From the NCBI GenBank assembly GCA_965227295.1, contig OZ245742.1, positions 5,824,001 to 5,888,000 on the forward strand: DNA of 64,000 bases. The letters are read 5' to 3'. Below, in pieces: positions 47,943 through 58,887 of the stretch. Every line of letters begins with the position of its first letter. Position 1 is the first letter of the stretch. The translations under genes were made by a program, and so were the position numbers. The stretch comes from Leptonemataceae bacterium (GTDB taxonomy: Bacteria; Spirochaetota; Leptospiria; Leptospirales; Leptonemataceae). Under the pieces are notes generated by a model. That model had not been told where the DNA came from and did no database searches. It was given only the letters and a program-made list of their open reading frames with translations.

Positions 47943-48039
47943 GACAGGCCTCGACGACCGGATTCCACACCACCGCCCCTGATTTGTATAGCACGATTTT
48001 ATGTCGGCCTGCAAAAAACCGACGAACACCGTTCACGAG

Positions 48040-48246
48040 CTAGGCAAATCGCCTTAACGTCTCCGGGTCCGTCTCTACGGCAAACTTGCGGCCGTTCTTG
48101 CATTCATACGTGACTTTTTTCGGCACCACGGTCACGCCGAAGGCCAGCAAAAACCAGCCCCACAACGAATACTCCGGATGCGGCGTGACGCCCTCGCTCC
48201 CCGGCGTACTGCCGCAACACGCACAAGTAATTACTGACTCATTCAT
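48040..48246 (-). CDS. small Cys-containing membrane-associated protein (LITAF-like zinc ribbon)
   Basis: CACC..hydrophobic stretch..YEC. Confidence 0.55.
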   Translation of the reverse strand: MNESVITCACCGSTPGSEGVTPHPEYSLWGWFLLAFGVTVVPKKVTYECKNGRKFAVETDPETLRRFA

Positions 48247-48323
48247 AGTATTATCTGACAGCATCGCTAACGCGTAAGACCAAAACAAACTCCTTCTTCT
48301 CTCGAAGCCTCGGAGCCTCGGTG

Positions 48324-49625
48324 TCAATCTTCCTTTTTCCCATAATCCCGCCCCGGCCACAAACTCCGCAAGCGATCGCGTAACCGCATCTCCTGGCCCT
48401 GGTCGGTCGGTCGGTAGAACTGCATCTTACGAAAGTCGTCCGGTAAGTACTCCGCGCGCACGAAGTGGCCCGCGAAATCATGCGGATACTGATAGCCCTG
48501 GCCGGCGCCCTCCGCGCGATGCGTGGCCGTCGGCGCGTTACGCAAATGATTCGGCACGCGCACCTCACGATGACGCACGGCGGAAAGCGCGGCGTCGATG
48601 CCGAGATACGCGGCGTTGCTCTTCGGACAACCCGCGAGAAACGTAGCCGTCTGACCGAGGACGATGCGCCCCTCCGGCATGCCGATGCGTTCGATCGCCT
48701 GGAAGGCCGACGTCGCCACACCCACCGCCTGGGGATACGCGTTGCCCACGTCCTCGGCCGCAAAGATCACCATGCGCCGCGCAATAAAGAGCGGATCCTC
48801 TCCGCCTTCGATCATGCACGCCAGGTACAATAGCGCCGCGTCCGGGTCCGAACCGCGCATGCTCTTAATGAACGCGGAGATGTAATCATAGTGATTCTCC
48901 CCGCCCTTATCGTAATGACGAATGCGTCCCTCTAATGCCAGGCGCGCGTCGTCCGCGGAGATCGACTGCGCCTCGCGCTGCGCGGCAATGCCCGCGGCGA
49001 GTTCCAGACAGAGCAGCAAACGCCGGCCGTCACCGCCGGCCGCTTCGAGGAGCACATCGCGCGCGTTGTCTTCCAAAGAATAGCGCGAGAGCATGGAGTC
49101 ATCGCGCAGAGTACGCTCCAGCAGATGGCGCAGGTCTTCTTCCGTAAGATTCTCCAGGCGATAGACCTGGCAGCGCGAGAGCAACGGGCCCACCACTTCG
49201 AACGACGGGTTTTCCGTGGTCGCGCCGATCAGCGTCAGCCAGCCGGACTCCACTGCTTCAAGCAGCGCGTCCTGTTGCGATTTCGAGAAGCGATGGATCT
49301 CGTCGAGGAACAACACCACGCCCCGTCCCTGATTCAGGAAACGCTCTTTGCCGGTTTCGATCACCGCCCGCACGTCTTTGACGCCGGACGACACCGCACT
49401 CAGATGATGAAAGGGCAACCCCGCGTTACGCGCCAGGATGCCGGCCAGGGTCGTCTTGCCGCAGCCCGGCGGGCCGTAAAGGATCATGGAGTGGATGGGC
49501 CGGCCCTCGAGTTTTTTCCGCAGCTTCGCCTGGCCCACGAAGCCGTCCCAGTTCCACGGGCGCATGCGCGCCGCGAGCGGAGAACCAGCGGAGCGTTCCT
49601 GATCGAATAAACCGGGGCCGGTCAT
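48324..49625 (-). CDS. rarA: replication-associated recombination protein A
   Basis: [51 protein letters not shown]. Confidence 0.96.
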   Translation of the reverse strand: MTGPGLFDQERSAGSPLAARMRPWNWDGFVGQAKLRKKLEGRPIHSMILYGPPGCGKTTLAGILARNAGLPFHHLSAVSSGVKDVRAVIETGKERFLNQGRGVVLFLDEIHRFSKSQQDALLEAVESGWLTLIGATTENPSFEVVGPLLSRCQVYRLENLTEEDLRHLLERTLRDDSMLSRYSLEDNARDVLLEAAGGDGRRLLLCLELAAGIAAQREAQSISADDARLALEGRIRHYDKGGENHYDYISAFIKSMRGSDPDAALLYLACMIEGGEDPLFIARRMVIFAAEDVGNAYPQAVGVATSAFQAIERIGMPEGRIVLGQTATFLAGCPKSNAAYLGIDAALSAVRHREVRVPNHLRNAPTATHRAEGAGQGYQYPHDFAGHFVRAEYLPDDFRKMQFYRPTDQGQEMRLRDRLRSLWPGRDYGKKED

Positions 49626-49644
49626 AACTGCGAATCACCGAAAG

Positions 49645-51069
49645 TTAGCCGCGGCGCTCGACCACGGACTTCACCTGATCCTGCATGCCTTCGAGCAACT
49701 TCGCGATGTTGCGTTCCATGACGGCGATGTTCTCTTCTTTGGCCAGCTCTTCCATGAGCACATGCACGAAGGTCCGCTGGATTTCGCTGAGCCGCTTCAC
49801 GCCCTCCGGCGAGTTCATGGAACTCTCGAGGCCCATGCGCACGTGCGCGTGCACGTTCGCGAGCACCGGCTTCAGCGCCACGGCCAGGGGCGAATTGAGT
49901 TCCTTCTGCATCGAAGCGTCGATGGACATGGCCACCAGATCGCTCACCTGGGGCTGAATCTGCGGCACGACTTTTTTGCTGATGAGTTCGGTCTGGCTCT
50001 CCAGAAACTCCTGGACCTCGTCCAGCACGCCTTCCTCGGACGCGGTGAGAATCTCCTTGAGCCCGCGGTTCTCGACAATGCCCTTGCTCTGCCGCAGAAT
50101 ATTCAACAACACCATGCCCGAAATTTCCTCGGCGATGATGCCGGCGTTTTCGTGGATGATCTGCGGAGCCAGACCGCTGTCCGGCAAAAACCCGTTGTCG
50201 CCCATGCGATACAGAAACGGAATCACGCGCAGCATGCGAAACCAGGCGGCGTGTTGCACGGGAATCAGCAGAAACAACTCGTACCAGTGCCGCACGACGA
50301 AAACGTACCACAGGCGATAGCGTTTCGTTGCAATGGCGTGAACCCAGCGCACGAGAAAGTCCACCAGAAAGAACAGCACGAACCAGAGGTCGTAGCGATA
50401 AAAGAAGTCCGTGGGTTCTCCGTCCTCGCCGATCCAGCGAAAGTAGTTCTGCTCCATGAGCGGGCGAATCTCAGCCTCGAACCAGGCGATTTCCGAAACG
50501 ACGCGCTCTTCCGTAAGATGCTCCACGCTCCAGAATTCCCGAAAGGAATCCTTGCCGGACTCGTTGTCCATGTGCGCACGCATGCGATTCTTGATCATCT
50601 CGAGCGTGCCGGACTTGCGCGCAATCTGGAACGGATCGTCGTTGACCATCTCCGCGCTTAAGTTGCGCAACTCGTCCAACACCGGGGCGGCAGAGCGCAC
50701 ATCTCCCGCGGCCAGCAGTTCTTCGGCCCGGTCCACGGTGTCCAGGTAACTCACGGTAAAACGATGCGGCTTGATGCCCTTAACATCGTCGTAAATGAGC
50801 AGCAGCGGGTCGTACTCGCCGTCATCGCCCCGGGCATGTAACTCCGGCGGACCGTAAGTTAAGTAGACATCCCGCATGGTGAGCCCGGTGAACGGAACGC
50901 GCATGAGGTAGGTGGCGTCGAAGAAGACGAGCAGCAGATTCACACCGAGGACGGTGCAGTACAGTATTTCATAAATGAGCGACGCAATGCGTGCGAGACC
51001 ACGCGGACGGGGATCATCGAGACTCTTCATAAGCAAGGCCAGTTCCTGATTTTCGACGGAGGGTTTCAT
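49645..51069 (-). CDS. hypothetical membrane protein with voltage-sensor-like helices
   Basis: TM segments including FLVDFLVRW, WYELFLLIP, WFRMLRVIPFLYR. Confidence 0.7.
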   Translation of the reverse strand: MKPSVENQELALLMKSLDDPRPRGLARIASLIYEILYCTVLGVNLLLVFFDATYLMRVPFTGLTMRDVYLTYGPPELHARGDDGEYDPLLLIYDDVKGIKPHRFTVSYLDTVDRAEELLAAGDVRSAAPVLDELRNLSAEMVNDDPFQIARKSGTLEMIKNRMRAHMDNESGKDSFREFWSVEHLTEERVVSEIAWFEAEIRPLMEQNYFRWIGEDGEPTDFFYRYDLWFVLFFLVDFLVRWVHAIATKRYRLWYVFVVRHWYELFLLIPVQHAAWFRMLRVIPFLYRMGDNGFLPDSGLAPQIIHENAGIIAEEISGMVLLNILRQSKGIVENRGLKEILTASEEGVLDEVQEFLESQTELISKKVVPQIQPQVSDLVAMSIDASMQKELNSPLAVALKPVLANVHAHVRMGLESSMNSPEGVKRLSEIQRTFVHVLMEELAKEENIAVMERNIAKLLEGMQDQVKSVVERRG

Positions 51070-51220
51070 GCGAACATCGCGGGCGAAGGACGCGAACGCA
51101 CCTTAGCGCCCCGGGGCATTCCGTCATGTAATTTTTGGCCGGCCCGCTCCGCGACGTGTCTACAAACACTCCATTAACAATTCCGCATGACAGCACGGCC
51201 GCGCGGATCGATACGGACGC

Positions 51221-51859
51221 GTGCGAGGATTCTTTTGCGTCGTAGAGGGCATCGACGGCTCCGGTAAGAGCACGCTCATCGAAGGCCTGGACGTGCGCCT
51301 GCGTGAATTCGTGCAGGCCGGTAGCTTTACAGGCTGCGATCGTCTGCGCGAACCCACGGACGGAACCTACGGCCGCCGCATTCGCGAGCATCTCCGCAAC
51401 CGCGACGATCTCGCGCGCAAGGCCTGGCTCGAACTGTTCCTGCTCGATCGCGCGGAAAACGTCGAAGCCAACATTCAACCGGCGTTGCGCGACGGCCGGT
51501 TCATCTTACAGGATCGCTACTTCTACTCCACCGCCGCTTACCAGGGATTTGTGAACGACTCGCCGACACCGGCGGACATCGTCGCCGTCAGCCTCGGTCG
51601 TGGTTTTCCGGAGCCGGACCTTGTACTGTATCTCGACCTCGCACCGGAGCTGGCCCTGGAACGCATCACCGGCAATCGCGCGAGCACTGAAAGCTTCGAA
51701 ACGCACGAACAACTACAACGTATTCATGCGAACTACGCGAGCATACTGCCGAACGTCACAGTGAAGCTCGATGCTACACGGTCTCCGCAAGATGTTTGTG
51801 ATCAGGCCTGTGCCGCGGTCCTTGCGGCGGTACAAAAACGCGCCCGCGCCGAATCTTAA
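51221..51859 (+). CDS. tmk: thymidylate kinase
   Basis: EGIDGSGKST, REPT, DRYFYSTAAYQG, PDLVLYLD. Confidence 0.95.
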   Translation: MRGFFCVVEGIDGSGKSTLIEGLDVRLREFVQAGSFTGCDRLREPTDGTYGRRIREHLRNRDDLARKAWLELFLLDRAENVEANIQPALRDGRFILQDRYFYSTAAYQGFVNDSPTPADIVAVSLGRGFPEPDLVLYLDLAPELALERITGNRASTESFETHEQLQRIHANYASILPNVTVKLDATRSPQDVCDQACAAVLAAVQKRARAES

Positions 51860-52953
51860 GGTACGATCGACGCTTCGCTGACTTCCACCGACCAGGCGCC
51901 ATCGGATTGGTGTTCGAAGCGGATCGTACAATCCAGGAACTTCGCAATCACGTCGGCGTTGGTCCGTGTATGCAGCGACAACTCCGTCGTCGTAAAACGG
52001 CCGCCGCCGCACAATGCCAGGGGCAGCAGCAGTTGATCGGCCAGGTGTTCACCGACGGCGCCCGCGCCGTGTTCATAGTCCTGCGCCTCCTTCACCGCCG
52101 CCGCGGCCACGGCCTCCGCCGGGCGGCCCTTTTCGCCGATCACGGCGAAGACTTCGGTCACGCGCGCGTACTCAACGTCCAGCAACACCACGTTCCCCGG
52201 TCCGGCGCAGTCTTTCAGGTGACGTACCACCACATGCTCCGGCCCGGCCCCGAACTCCTGCCAGGCCTTTGCGATGGTTCCGGCCTCGCGTTCGGCCACG
52301 TGCGTCGGCAATCGCGACGAGAGCACCGTCGCCCGGCGTCCCCGCAGCGGCCCTCGCTCCACTAAGGCAAACTTGCTGACTTCTTGCGAGATGTGATTAT
52401 CACACGGCGCAATCCGCGCCCGCAGCCTGCCCCCGCCGGCCGGATAAAAGCCGTGCCGCCCCAGCTCGATTCCCACCGTCCCGTCGCGACCACCGGCAAT
52501 GGTATTCAGCAACGGCAGAAAAGATCGTTCCAGAAAATCGAACGAGGGCGCCAGGGGATTGTGCGTGCCACCGCGAATGTCCACCCGGAACGGCGGGCCC
52601 GCGCCCCGGCCGAACAACAGCGGCGGCAGCACCGTCTGCAAGACCAGCGCCGCACTGCCCGCGGTGCCGATGTCGAACTGAAACTCGCGCCGGTGTACGT
52701 CCTGGACACCGGGCCTGAACTCCAGGGTCATCGAAGAAATCGCGTCGCCGCTCAGGGTTCCGCCGCCCACGACAGCGGCGGCGCGTACCGCGGCGAGATG
52801 TTGCGGACGCAACCCGGGCTTCGATCGCCGGGCACGCACGTTTTCGATGCGCACCGGGCGCCCGCTTAAAATTGAAAGTGCCAGGGAAGAACGGAGGATT
52901 TGCCCTCCACCTTCCCCCTCACTGCCGTCGATAATGATCATAGAACTTTGCAC
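51856..52953 (-). CDS. rtcA: RNA 3'-terminal phosphate cyclase
   Basis: IDGSEGEGGGQILRSSL, PGLRPQH, GFYPAGGG, HLADQLL. Confidence 0.96.
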   Translation of the reverse strand: MQSSMIIIDGSEGEGGGQILRSSLALSILSGRPVRIENVRARRSKPGLRPQHLAAVRAAAVVGGGTLSGDAISSMTLEFRPGVQDVHRREFQFDIGTAGSAALVLQTVLPPLLFGRGAGPPFRVDIRGGTHNPLAPSFDFLERSFLPLLNTIAGGRDGTVGIELGRHGFYPAGGGRLRARIAPCDNHISQEVSKFALVERGPLRGRRATVLSSRLPTHVAEREAGTIAKAWQEFGAGPEHVVVRHLKDCAGPGNVVLLDVEYARVTEVFAVIGEKGRPAEAVAAAAVKEAQDYEHGAGAVGEHLADQLLLPLALCGGGRFTTTELSLHTRTNADVIAKFLDCTIRFEHQSDGAWSVEVSEASIVP

Positions 52954-53062
52954 CGGTCCTGCACGGGTTTCACACCACGTTCACCAGGCTGTCACATATT
53001 TTTAACTTTGTCCGGGCACCTTTCGCCAACACTGGAGATTGCGCAAGCCTGCGCGTGCACCT

Positions 53063-53743
53063 ATGATCGTTTACGCCCACCGCGGCGACAACCGCCACTT
53101 CCAGGAAAACACGAAGGCCGCCTTCGATAGCTCGGTGGCCCGCGGCTTCCGCGCCCTGGAACTGGACCTGCGCCGCCTCGGCGACGATTCGGTGGTCGTC
53201 TTTCATGACGCCGACTTCCTGCGCATGGCCGGCCTCGACCGGGATCTCGAGGAACTGGATCTCGCCACTGCCCGGGAACATTTGCCCGAACTGCTGAGCG
53301 CTTACGAATTCATCGCGATGTACGGCCGCACGGACGATCTCAGCATCAACTTCGAAATCAAGGACGATCTGCACACGCTGGATCTCGTCGAGCCGTTCCT
53401 GCGCCTCTGCCCAGGAGCGGTGGTCTCCTCGTTCCGGCACGAGATCGTGGACGCCGCCCTGGATCGCGGCTTCGACGCCGCCTACCTGGTGGAAACGGAA
53501 CAGGTACTCTTCGACGGCCTGCGCCGATTCCGCGGTGACCGCGTCCACGTTTCCACTCAGCTCATCCCGATCATCGCGGAGCAGCCCTCACGCTTTCTCT
53601 ATCACGATCTTTACGTGTACACCATCAATGCAGCGGAGATGGCGGCCCAACTCTTTGAGCACGCCTTCTTCCGCGGCTTCTTTACGGACAATCCGGAACT
53701 GCTGAGCTTCGATACCGGCGTCTCCCTGGAACGCGCGTCGTAA
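53063..53743 (+). CDS. glycerophosphodiester phosphodiesterase
   Basis: AHRG, ENT, ELD, VFHD, EIK, SSF, TDNP. Confidence 0.9.
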   Translation: MIVYAHRGDNRHFQENTKAAFDSSVARGFRALELDLRRLGDDSVVVFHDADFLRMAGLDRDLEELDLATAREHLPELLSAYEFIAMYGRTDDLSINFEIKDDLHTLDLVEPFLRLCPGAVVSSFRHEIVDAALDRGFDAAYLVETEQVLFDGLRRFRGDRVHVSTQLIPIIAEQPSRFLYHDLYVYTINAAEMAAQLFEHAFFRGFFTDNPELLSFDTGVSLERAS

Positions 53744-53754
53744 ACATTGCATGA

Positions 53755-55053
53755 CTAACTGTTTGCGAAGACTTCCGTAAGGAACGTCTTCACAAACTGC
53801 GCCGCCCCGCCCTCTCGGGCCTTGAGGTACTCTTCCGCCCGACGACCGGCCTGGCGCCGCGTTTCGTCGTCACTCATCCAGGCCCGGGCCGTGTCGCGAA
53901 TCTGCGCGCCGTGCTCACAGCGCACCAGGCAGCCCTCGCTTTCCAGTTCCAGCGCCACCGGCGACGTATCGATGCGCGGGCCGGTAATGACCGGACGCGC
54001 GAGAGCCGCGGGCTCCGCCGTGTTGTGAATGCGATGATGAAAACCTCCGCCGACGTAACAAAAGTCCGCGTTGCGATAGGCCAGGGCCAGAATGCCCATG
54101 CGGTCCACCAGGACCAGGCGTTCTTTGCCGAGATCGTCCCCGGCCCGGGTAAAACGCGCGCAGGACAGGCCGACTCCGGCGAGGCCGTCTTCGACTTCGC
54201 GCAGGCGTCCCTCGTCGATCTTATGCGGAAAGATCAGCACCTGCCAGCGCGGAAACTCATCCAGCAGCGCGGGCAGCGCCGGGAAGATCTCCGCGTCGTC
54301 CGCCGCGTAGGTGGATGCGAGGATCCACACCGGATTGCGCAGCCGGCGAATGCGCGCCAGCAGGCGTTTGTCGTCGGAGCCCGGTGAGCCGTGGCGAATG
54401 CGAAAGAGGATGGTATCGTAGCGGGTGTCCCCGGTAACCTGCACACGCTCGGGCCGGCTTACGAGTCTACGAAACGTGTCGCGGTTCTCGTCGTTCACGA
54501 CGCCGATGCCGGTGAAGCGATCGTAAGTTGGTCCCCACAAACTTTTAGCGAAGGTACGTGTGCGCCAGGAGTCCGCGGCAAGGGCCGCGCTGCACAGAAA
54601 GCGCGGTACATTTTCTCGTTCCATGCGATACAGCAAATTCGGAAAGACATCCCAGGTCATGGTGGCGAAGGCGCGCACCCGGGCCAGGCGCACCACGTCG
54701 GTCCAGTTCCAGAACAAATCCAGCGGCAAATAAAACATGAGATCGACGCCGGGCAGACGACGCAGGCGCACGCTCAAGCTGAACACGCTGATGATGATGC
54801 GCTGGTTCGGATAACGCACGCGGATTTCCCGGGCGAGGGCCAGGGCCTGGTCCAGCTCCCCGGCGGAGGAACCGTGCAGCCAGATGACACCGTTGTCGTG
54901 GTTGCTGCGATGCAGGCGGGCATAGTCCCGGAGCAAACGATAGCCCTCGCGGCGCGAACGCATGAAGAGGCGCAACTTCGGATGAAGCCTGCCGAAGGTC
55001 TGGTACACCGGCCAGAGTAACAACAGCAGGATATTATAAAAGAAGAGCGCCAT
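53755..55053 (-). CDS. waaA: 3-deoxy-D-manno-octulosonic acid transferase
   Basis: IWLHGSSAGE, YLPLD, TGDTRYD, MGILA..Y, VGGGF..HNTAEPA. Confidence 0.9.
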   Translation of the reverse strand: MALFFYNILLLLLWPVYQTFGRLHPKLRLFMRSRREGYRLLRDYARLHRSNHDNGVIWLHGSSAGELDQALALAREIRVRYPNQRIIISVFSLSVRLRRLPGVDLMFYLPLDLFWNWTDVVRLARVRAFATMTWDVFPNLLYRMERENVPRFLCSAALAADSWRTRTFAKSLWGPTYDRFTGIGVVNDENRDTFRRLVSRPERVQVTGDTRYDTILFRIRHGSPGSDDKRLLARIRRLRNPVWILASTYAADDAEIFPALPALLDEFPRWQVLIFPHKIDEGRLREVEDGLAGVGLSCARFTRAGDDLGKERLVLVDRMGILALAYRNADFCYVGGGFHHRIHNTAEPAALARPVITGPRIDTSPVALELESEGCLVRCEHGAQIRDTARAWMSDDETRRQAGRRAEEYLKAREGGAAQFVKTFLTEVFANS

Positions 55054-55127
55054 GAGACGGAGATCCGACAATGTCCTCGCCGGAGCGCGGAGAGTCATCC
55101 GAAAACCAGGCAGTCGGGACTACACAA

Positions 55128-55769
55128 ATGAAAGTCATACTCTTCGACATGATGCAAACGCTGATCCATGAGCCGTACTTTGCGGCCATCGGTCGGTTGC
55201 TGCCGGCGGATCTGGACGCGAAAACCTACTTTCACTGGCGCGACAAAGAATCCTTCATCCGCTTCGAGCGCGGTGAGATCGCCGAACACGAACACCTGCA
55301 GCAATTCTATCTACCCGATACACCGGCGGACTTGCTCGAGCGCTTTCCCCGGCCGGAGAAAGTCCGCAAAGCTCTCTTCCAGCAGCTCCGCTACATCGAG
55401 GGCATTCCCGAACTCCTGGCCGAACTCCAGCGCCGGGACGACGTGCGCACGGGCATCGCTTCGAATTACGCGGAGTGGTACACGGAAATCCTGAAGCGCC
55501 TCCCGCGCATTCACGAGGGCATGGACTATCTCTTTTTTTCGTGTGAGATGGGCGTGCGTAAACCCGACGCGTCTTACTATGAGTTGATCGAAACCGCGCT
55601 TCGCAAGGGGCTGCCGCAGTTGAAGGCGTCCGAGATCTTCTTCACGGACGACCGGCAGATCAACCTGGACGCGGCGCAGGAACGTGGCTGGGCGACGTTC
55701 CGGATGCAGGACGATGCGGCAGCGCTACAATCTGCAATCCGGAGATTTCTGAAGGAGCCGGCGTCTTAG
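55128..55769 (+). CDS. HAD family hydrolase
   Basis: ILFDMMQTL, ASN, RKPD, FTDD..N. Confidence 0.9.
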   Translation: MKVILFDMMQTLIHEPYFAAIGRLLPADLDAKTYFHWRDKESFIRFERGEIAEHEHLQQFYLPDTPADLLERFPRPEKVRKALFQQLRYIEGIPELLAELQRRDDVRTGIASNYAEWYTEILKRLPRIHEGMDYLFFSCEMGVRKPDASYYELIETALRKGLPQLKASEIFFTDDRQINLDAAQERGWATFRMQDDAAALQSAIRRFLKEPAS

Positions 55770-56524
55770 CCGTTGCGGAGCTGCCCTTCCAGTTCGCGGA
55801 TGCGGAATTCCGCGCGCCGACGGGCCGCGCGTTCTTCGTCGTAGTCCGCAAAGGCCTCGCCTCCGTACCGGATTTCGATTTTCCGGCCGGCGGACCAGCC
55901 GGAGCGCGGCAGCACGCGCATGGCCAGGCCCGGCAACACGATGCTTTCGATCCAGCCGTTTGGCCCCGGCTCCCGTTCCAGGTAGGCGCCGTGGACCTGC
56001 TCTCCCGGAACCAGGCTGTACCATTGCAACGAACGCTCGTCGCTGAGCTCCGGAAAGTACAGCAGGAACTCGGGAACACCGTGGCGTTCGTGAAGTTCTT
56101 TCATGAATACCGTGTCTTTCTCTTCTTTGCGGCGATCGTGGATGCTCACGACCTCCAGGGCCAGCAAGAGATCGTTGGCCGTAACGCTGGCGGGTTCGTC
56201 GGTCCAGGCGAGGGCTACATCCGGAGCGAAGACCTTGCGATCCAGAGAACCTCCGGCACCGGCATACCAGACCGGATGATCCGTAAAGAAGCTCAGTCCC
56301 TGCGCTCCCGCAATCGAAGAGAACGCGTTCGAGAGGAAACGAACGGCGTCGTTGTGAGCTCCGCGGTTCACGAAACCCAGTTCCTCATCGAAGTACGGGA
56401 TGCCGGAACCGAAGTCCCGGTGCTCCGCATGCGAGATAGGCTGTGTGCGGTACTGACGAAAGAGCGTTTGATTCAACACGAGCGGCCTCCGGGGCGCGTG
56501 CGGGAACGCTTCTGCGCTTTGCAT
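55766..56524 (-). CDS. Uma2 family (PD-(D/E)XK) endonuclease-like protein
   Basis: H..FAPDV..LALEVVS..K....GVPEFLLY; SD caggagg. Confidence 0.85.
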   Translation of the reverse strand: MQSAEAFPHAPRRPLVLNQTLFRQYRTQPISHAEHRDFGSGIPYFDEELGFVNRGAHNDAVRFLSNAFSSIAGAQGLSFFTDHPVWYAGAGGSLDRKVFAPDVALAWTDEPASVTANDLLLALEVVSIHDRRKEEKDTVFMKELHERHGVPEFLLYFPELSDERSLQWYSLVPGEQVHGAYLEREPGPNGWIESIVLPGLAMRVLPRSGWSAGRKIEIRYGGEAFADYDEERAARRRAEFRIRELEGQLRNG

Positions 56525-56730
56525 GGTTTCCACCTCCTGAATTGGGAAAGAGCAAGCATTGGAGTAGCATGCTCGTGGAGGTAGACCCGCACGCGGATCG
56601 TTCCGCACGATTTTCCAAAAATCGAGAGAAAATTCAGAATTTCGCCAAATCGCCCGGATGGATGGGGGATTTCAGGCTCCGGTGTCCTCGCTCAGGGGGA
56701 CGGCAGCTCTTCCGGATCTACGCGAGTACG

Positions 56731-56760
56731 AAAAAAAACCCCGGGGGGGAATCCGGGGTT
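56731..56760 (-). terminator. Rho-independent terminator downstream of AAA ATPase
   Basis: Minus strand AACCCCGG-loop-CCGGGGTT followed by T run. Confidence 0.75.
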
Positions 56761-56855
56761 ACAGAAGAGTGTTCATGCGAAAAGCGTCTTACGCGGACCG
56801 GCCAGGCCGATCCAGACGCAGACACAAGAATTCGCCCCTGTTTGAAAGTGTCAAT

Positions 56856-58205
56856 TCAGAAATCCGCCGATTGCGCAGATTTTTCCCGGGCCAGCTCCAG
56901 ATAGAACTCCGCCGGGGGGGCCGAGGCCTCTCCGCCGTTCGCAATCAGGTGCCGCGCCCAGCGCCGCTCGGCATACTCGCAAACATCCTGGATGCTCCGC
57001 CCGGACAGCCCGTCGGAAGATCGCGCCAGGGCCTCTAAATCTTCCCGTTCCAGGTGCCGGGCGTAGCGACGGAAAATGGAAGCCCGCTCGCTCGCATTCG
57101 GCAGGGGAAAGCTGATGATGGTATCGAAACGGGACAGCAGCGCCCGGTCCAGGTCCTGGGCCCGGTTGGTGGCGCCGATGGTCAGGATGCCCTCGTGACT
57201 GTCCAGGCCGTCGATTTTACGGAGCAGCACCGAGAGGATGCGCCGCGTGGCCTCGAAGAGGCCGCCCTCCCGGGAGCCGGCCAGGGAATCGATCTCATCG
57301 AGGAACAGAATCGCGCGATCGTAACGGGCGGAGATGTCGAAGATCTGCGCCATGTTCTGGGCCGACTCGCCGTAGTACTTGCTGACGATGTTTTCCACCG
57401 GGACGTAGACCATGGGAATGCCCGTCTCGGACGCGATGATGCGGGCCATGCTGGTCTTGCCGACCCCCGGCGGGCCCTCAAACAGGACCGCTCGCGGGAC
57501 AGTCCCCTGGCTGGTGCCCCGGGCCAGCTTTGCCACGTCGGCGTAGACGCCGGGATGTTTCAACGGGAGAATCACACTCTCGAGGACTTCCTGCTTGGTC
57601 TTTTTGTATCCGGCGAAGCCGTGTTTCTTTACAAAACCGGCCTTTTTTGCGTCGGCGTCTTCCTCGGCCGCCTCGCTGGCCGGGGCCTCCTCCTCGCTGC
57701 GGTAGACCTGCACGCCGATTTCGGCGAGCTTGCGCGTGGGATCGTCCGTGACGGCCCGGGGGTGGAAGAGCTTGAACAGGCTGATCTGGGCCTGGAGTTC
57801 GTCCTGGGTAAGATTGCCCTTGCGGCTCACCTCGATGCGATGACTCGTGGAAATGGAGATGAACTTGAACTTGATGCCCTCGGTGATCTTGCCGCTGAAG
57901 GGATTGCCGGCGTCCTGGAAGATGACGTAGCCGGGCTCCAGGGTATGCACCCGGATGTGATCGACGTGATTCTTGATGAGATTCAGAGCATCGAAGACGC
58001 GTTCTTTGTCGATGTGGGCCACGGGGAACGTGAATTTCGTTTCCCCGCGTTCGAAGACGAAGTTCGGCACCTCACTGAGGCCGCCGCCGACGGCGCTGAG
58101 ATGCGACTCCACCTCGGCCTCCAACTGGGCCCGGGCCCGGGGGAATTCCAGTTCTCCGGAGCGGGCGGTGTCGCTGTCGTTCGTCATAAGCGTTGCTGCG
58201 GTCAT
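56856..58205 (-). CDS. AAA+ ATPase (classic AAA clade)
   Basis: GPPGVGKT, SKYYGES, FLDEID, GATN..LD.ALLSRF SRH. Confidence 0.9.
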   Translation of the reverse strand: MTAATLMTNDSDTARSGELEFPRARAQLEAEVESHLSAVGGGLSEVPNFVFERGETKFTFPVAHIDKERVFDALNLIKNHVDHIRVHTLEPGYVIFQDAGNPFSGKITEGIKFKFISISTSHRIEVSRKGNLTQDELQAQISLFKLFHPRAVTDDPTRKLAEIGVQVYRSEEEAPASEAAEEDADAKKAGFVKKHGFAGYKKTKQEVLESVILPLKHPGVYADVAKLARGTSQGTVPRAVLFEGPPGVGKTSMARIIASETGIPMVYVPVENIVSKYYGESAQNMAQIFDISARYDRAILFLDEIDSLAGSREGGLFEATRRILSVLLRKIDGLDSHEGILTIGATNRAQDLDRALLSRFDTIISFPLPNASERASIFRRYARHLEREDLEALARSSDGLSGRSIQDVCEYAERRWARHLIANGGEASAPPAEFYLELAREKSAQSADF

Positions 58206-58323
58206 ACTATCTCTTTCGGCGCGGTTGAAAAATGAATTTGCCCGTTTTTTTCGTTCGAAGAGCCTGTCCGGATGGCCGCGGCGCCCCCGCGCCCGGCCCG
58301 GATACACTCCGTAGATCTCACGC

Positions 58324-58857
58324 ATGAGCGCGAAATGGAAGGCACCCCTGGGCTCCGGCCCCTCCCCGGCCCGTCCGTACCTGCTGGCGGCCTTCGACGA
58401 CGCCGACGCGTTCTTGAGCCTGCGCAAGGACGTGGAGAAGCGCTTCGGCCAGGCCGACTACGAAAGCGAGGCCGTCTCCGGCGATACCCGGGAATCCCTC
58501 TACGGCTTCCTGCCCCGGCGCATGGTCCGTGTGCTGAGCTTCCAGCGCCCGGTCTCCCGGGAGGAGTTGGTCGACATCCGCCAGAGCTGCATCGCCATCG
58601 AGACGAAACACCAGGTGCACGGCCGGCCGATTGTGGAACTGGACCCGGGCTATGTGAGCGAGTTCACCGTGGTTCGCACGTCGCTGGCCGAGGACTTTCA
58701 CCGGATCTATCTCTACGGCGGCGTATTCGCCGAAACGCTCTTCTTCTTTGAACGTCTGTCGTTCCGCCCGCAAATCCACACGCCGCAGTTCTTCCGGAAA
58801 AAAGAAGTGGTCTCCGTCTTCAACGACCTGCGTTTGATTCACATGGCGGACGGATAA
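58324..58857 (+). CDS. DUF4416 family protein
   Basis: R..ELDPGY, HRIYL..GVFAE. Confidence 0.8.
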   Translation: MSAKWKAPLGSGPSPARPYLLAAFDDADAFLSLRKDVEKRFGQADYESEAVSGDTRESLYGFLPRRMVRVLSFQRPVSREELVDIRQSCIAIETKHQVHGRPIVELDPGYVSEFTVVRTSLAEDFHRIYLYGGVFAETLFFFERLSFRPQIHTPQFFRKKEVVSVFNDLRLIHMADG

Positions 58858-58864
58858 GATTTTG

Positions 58865-58880
58865 ACTCCGAGGACCGAGG
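58865..58880. repeat. left arm of the ACTCCGAGGACCGAGG element
   Basis: Exact 16-mer 7 bp after the DUF4416 stop. Confidence 0.8.
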
Positions 58881-58887
58881 TACCGAG

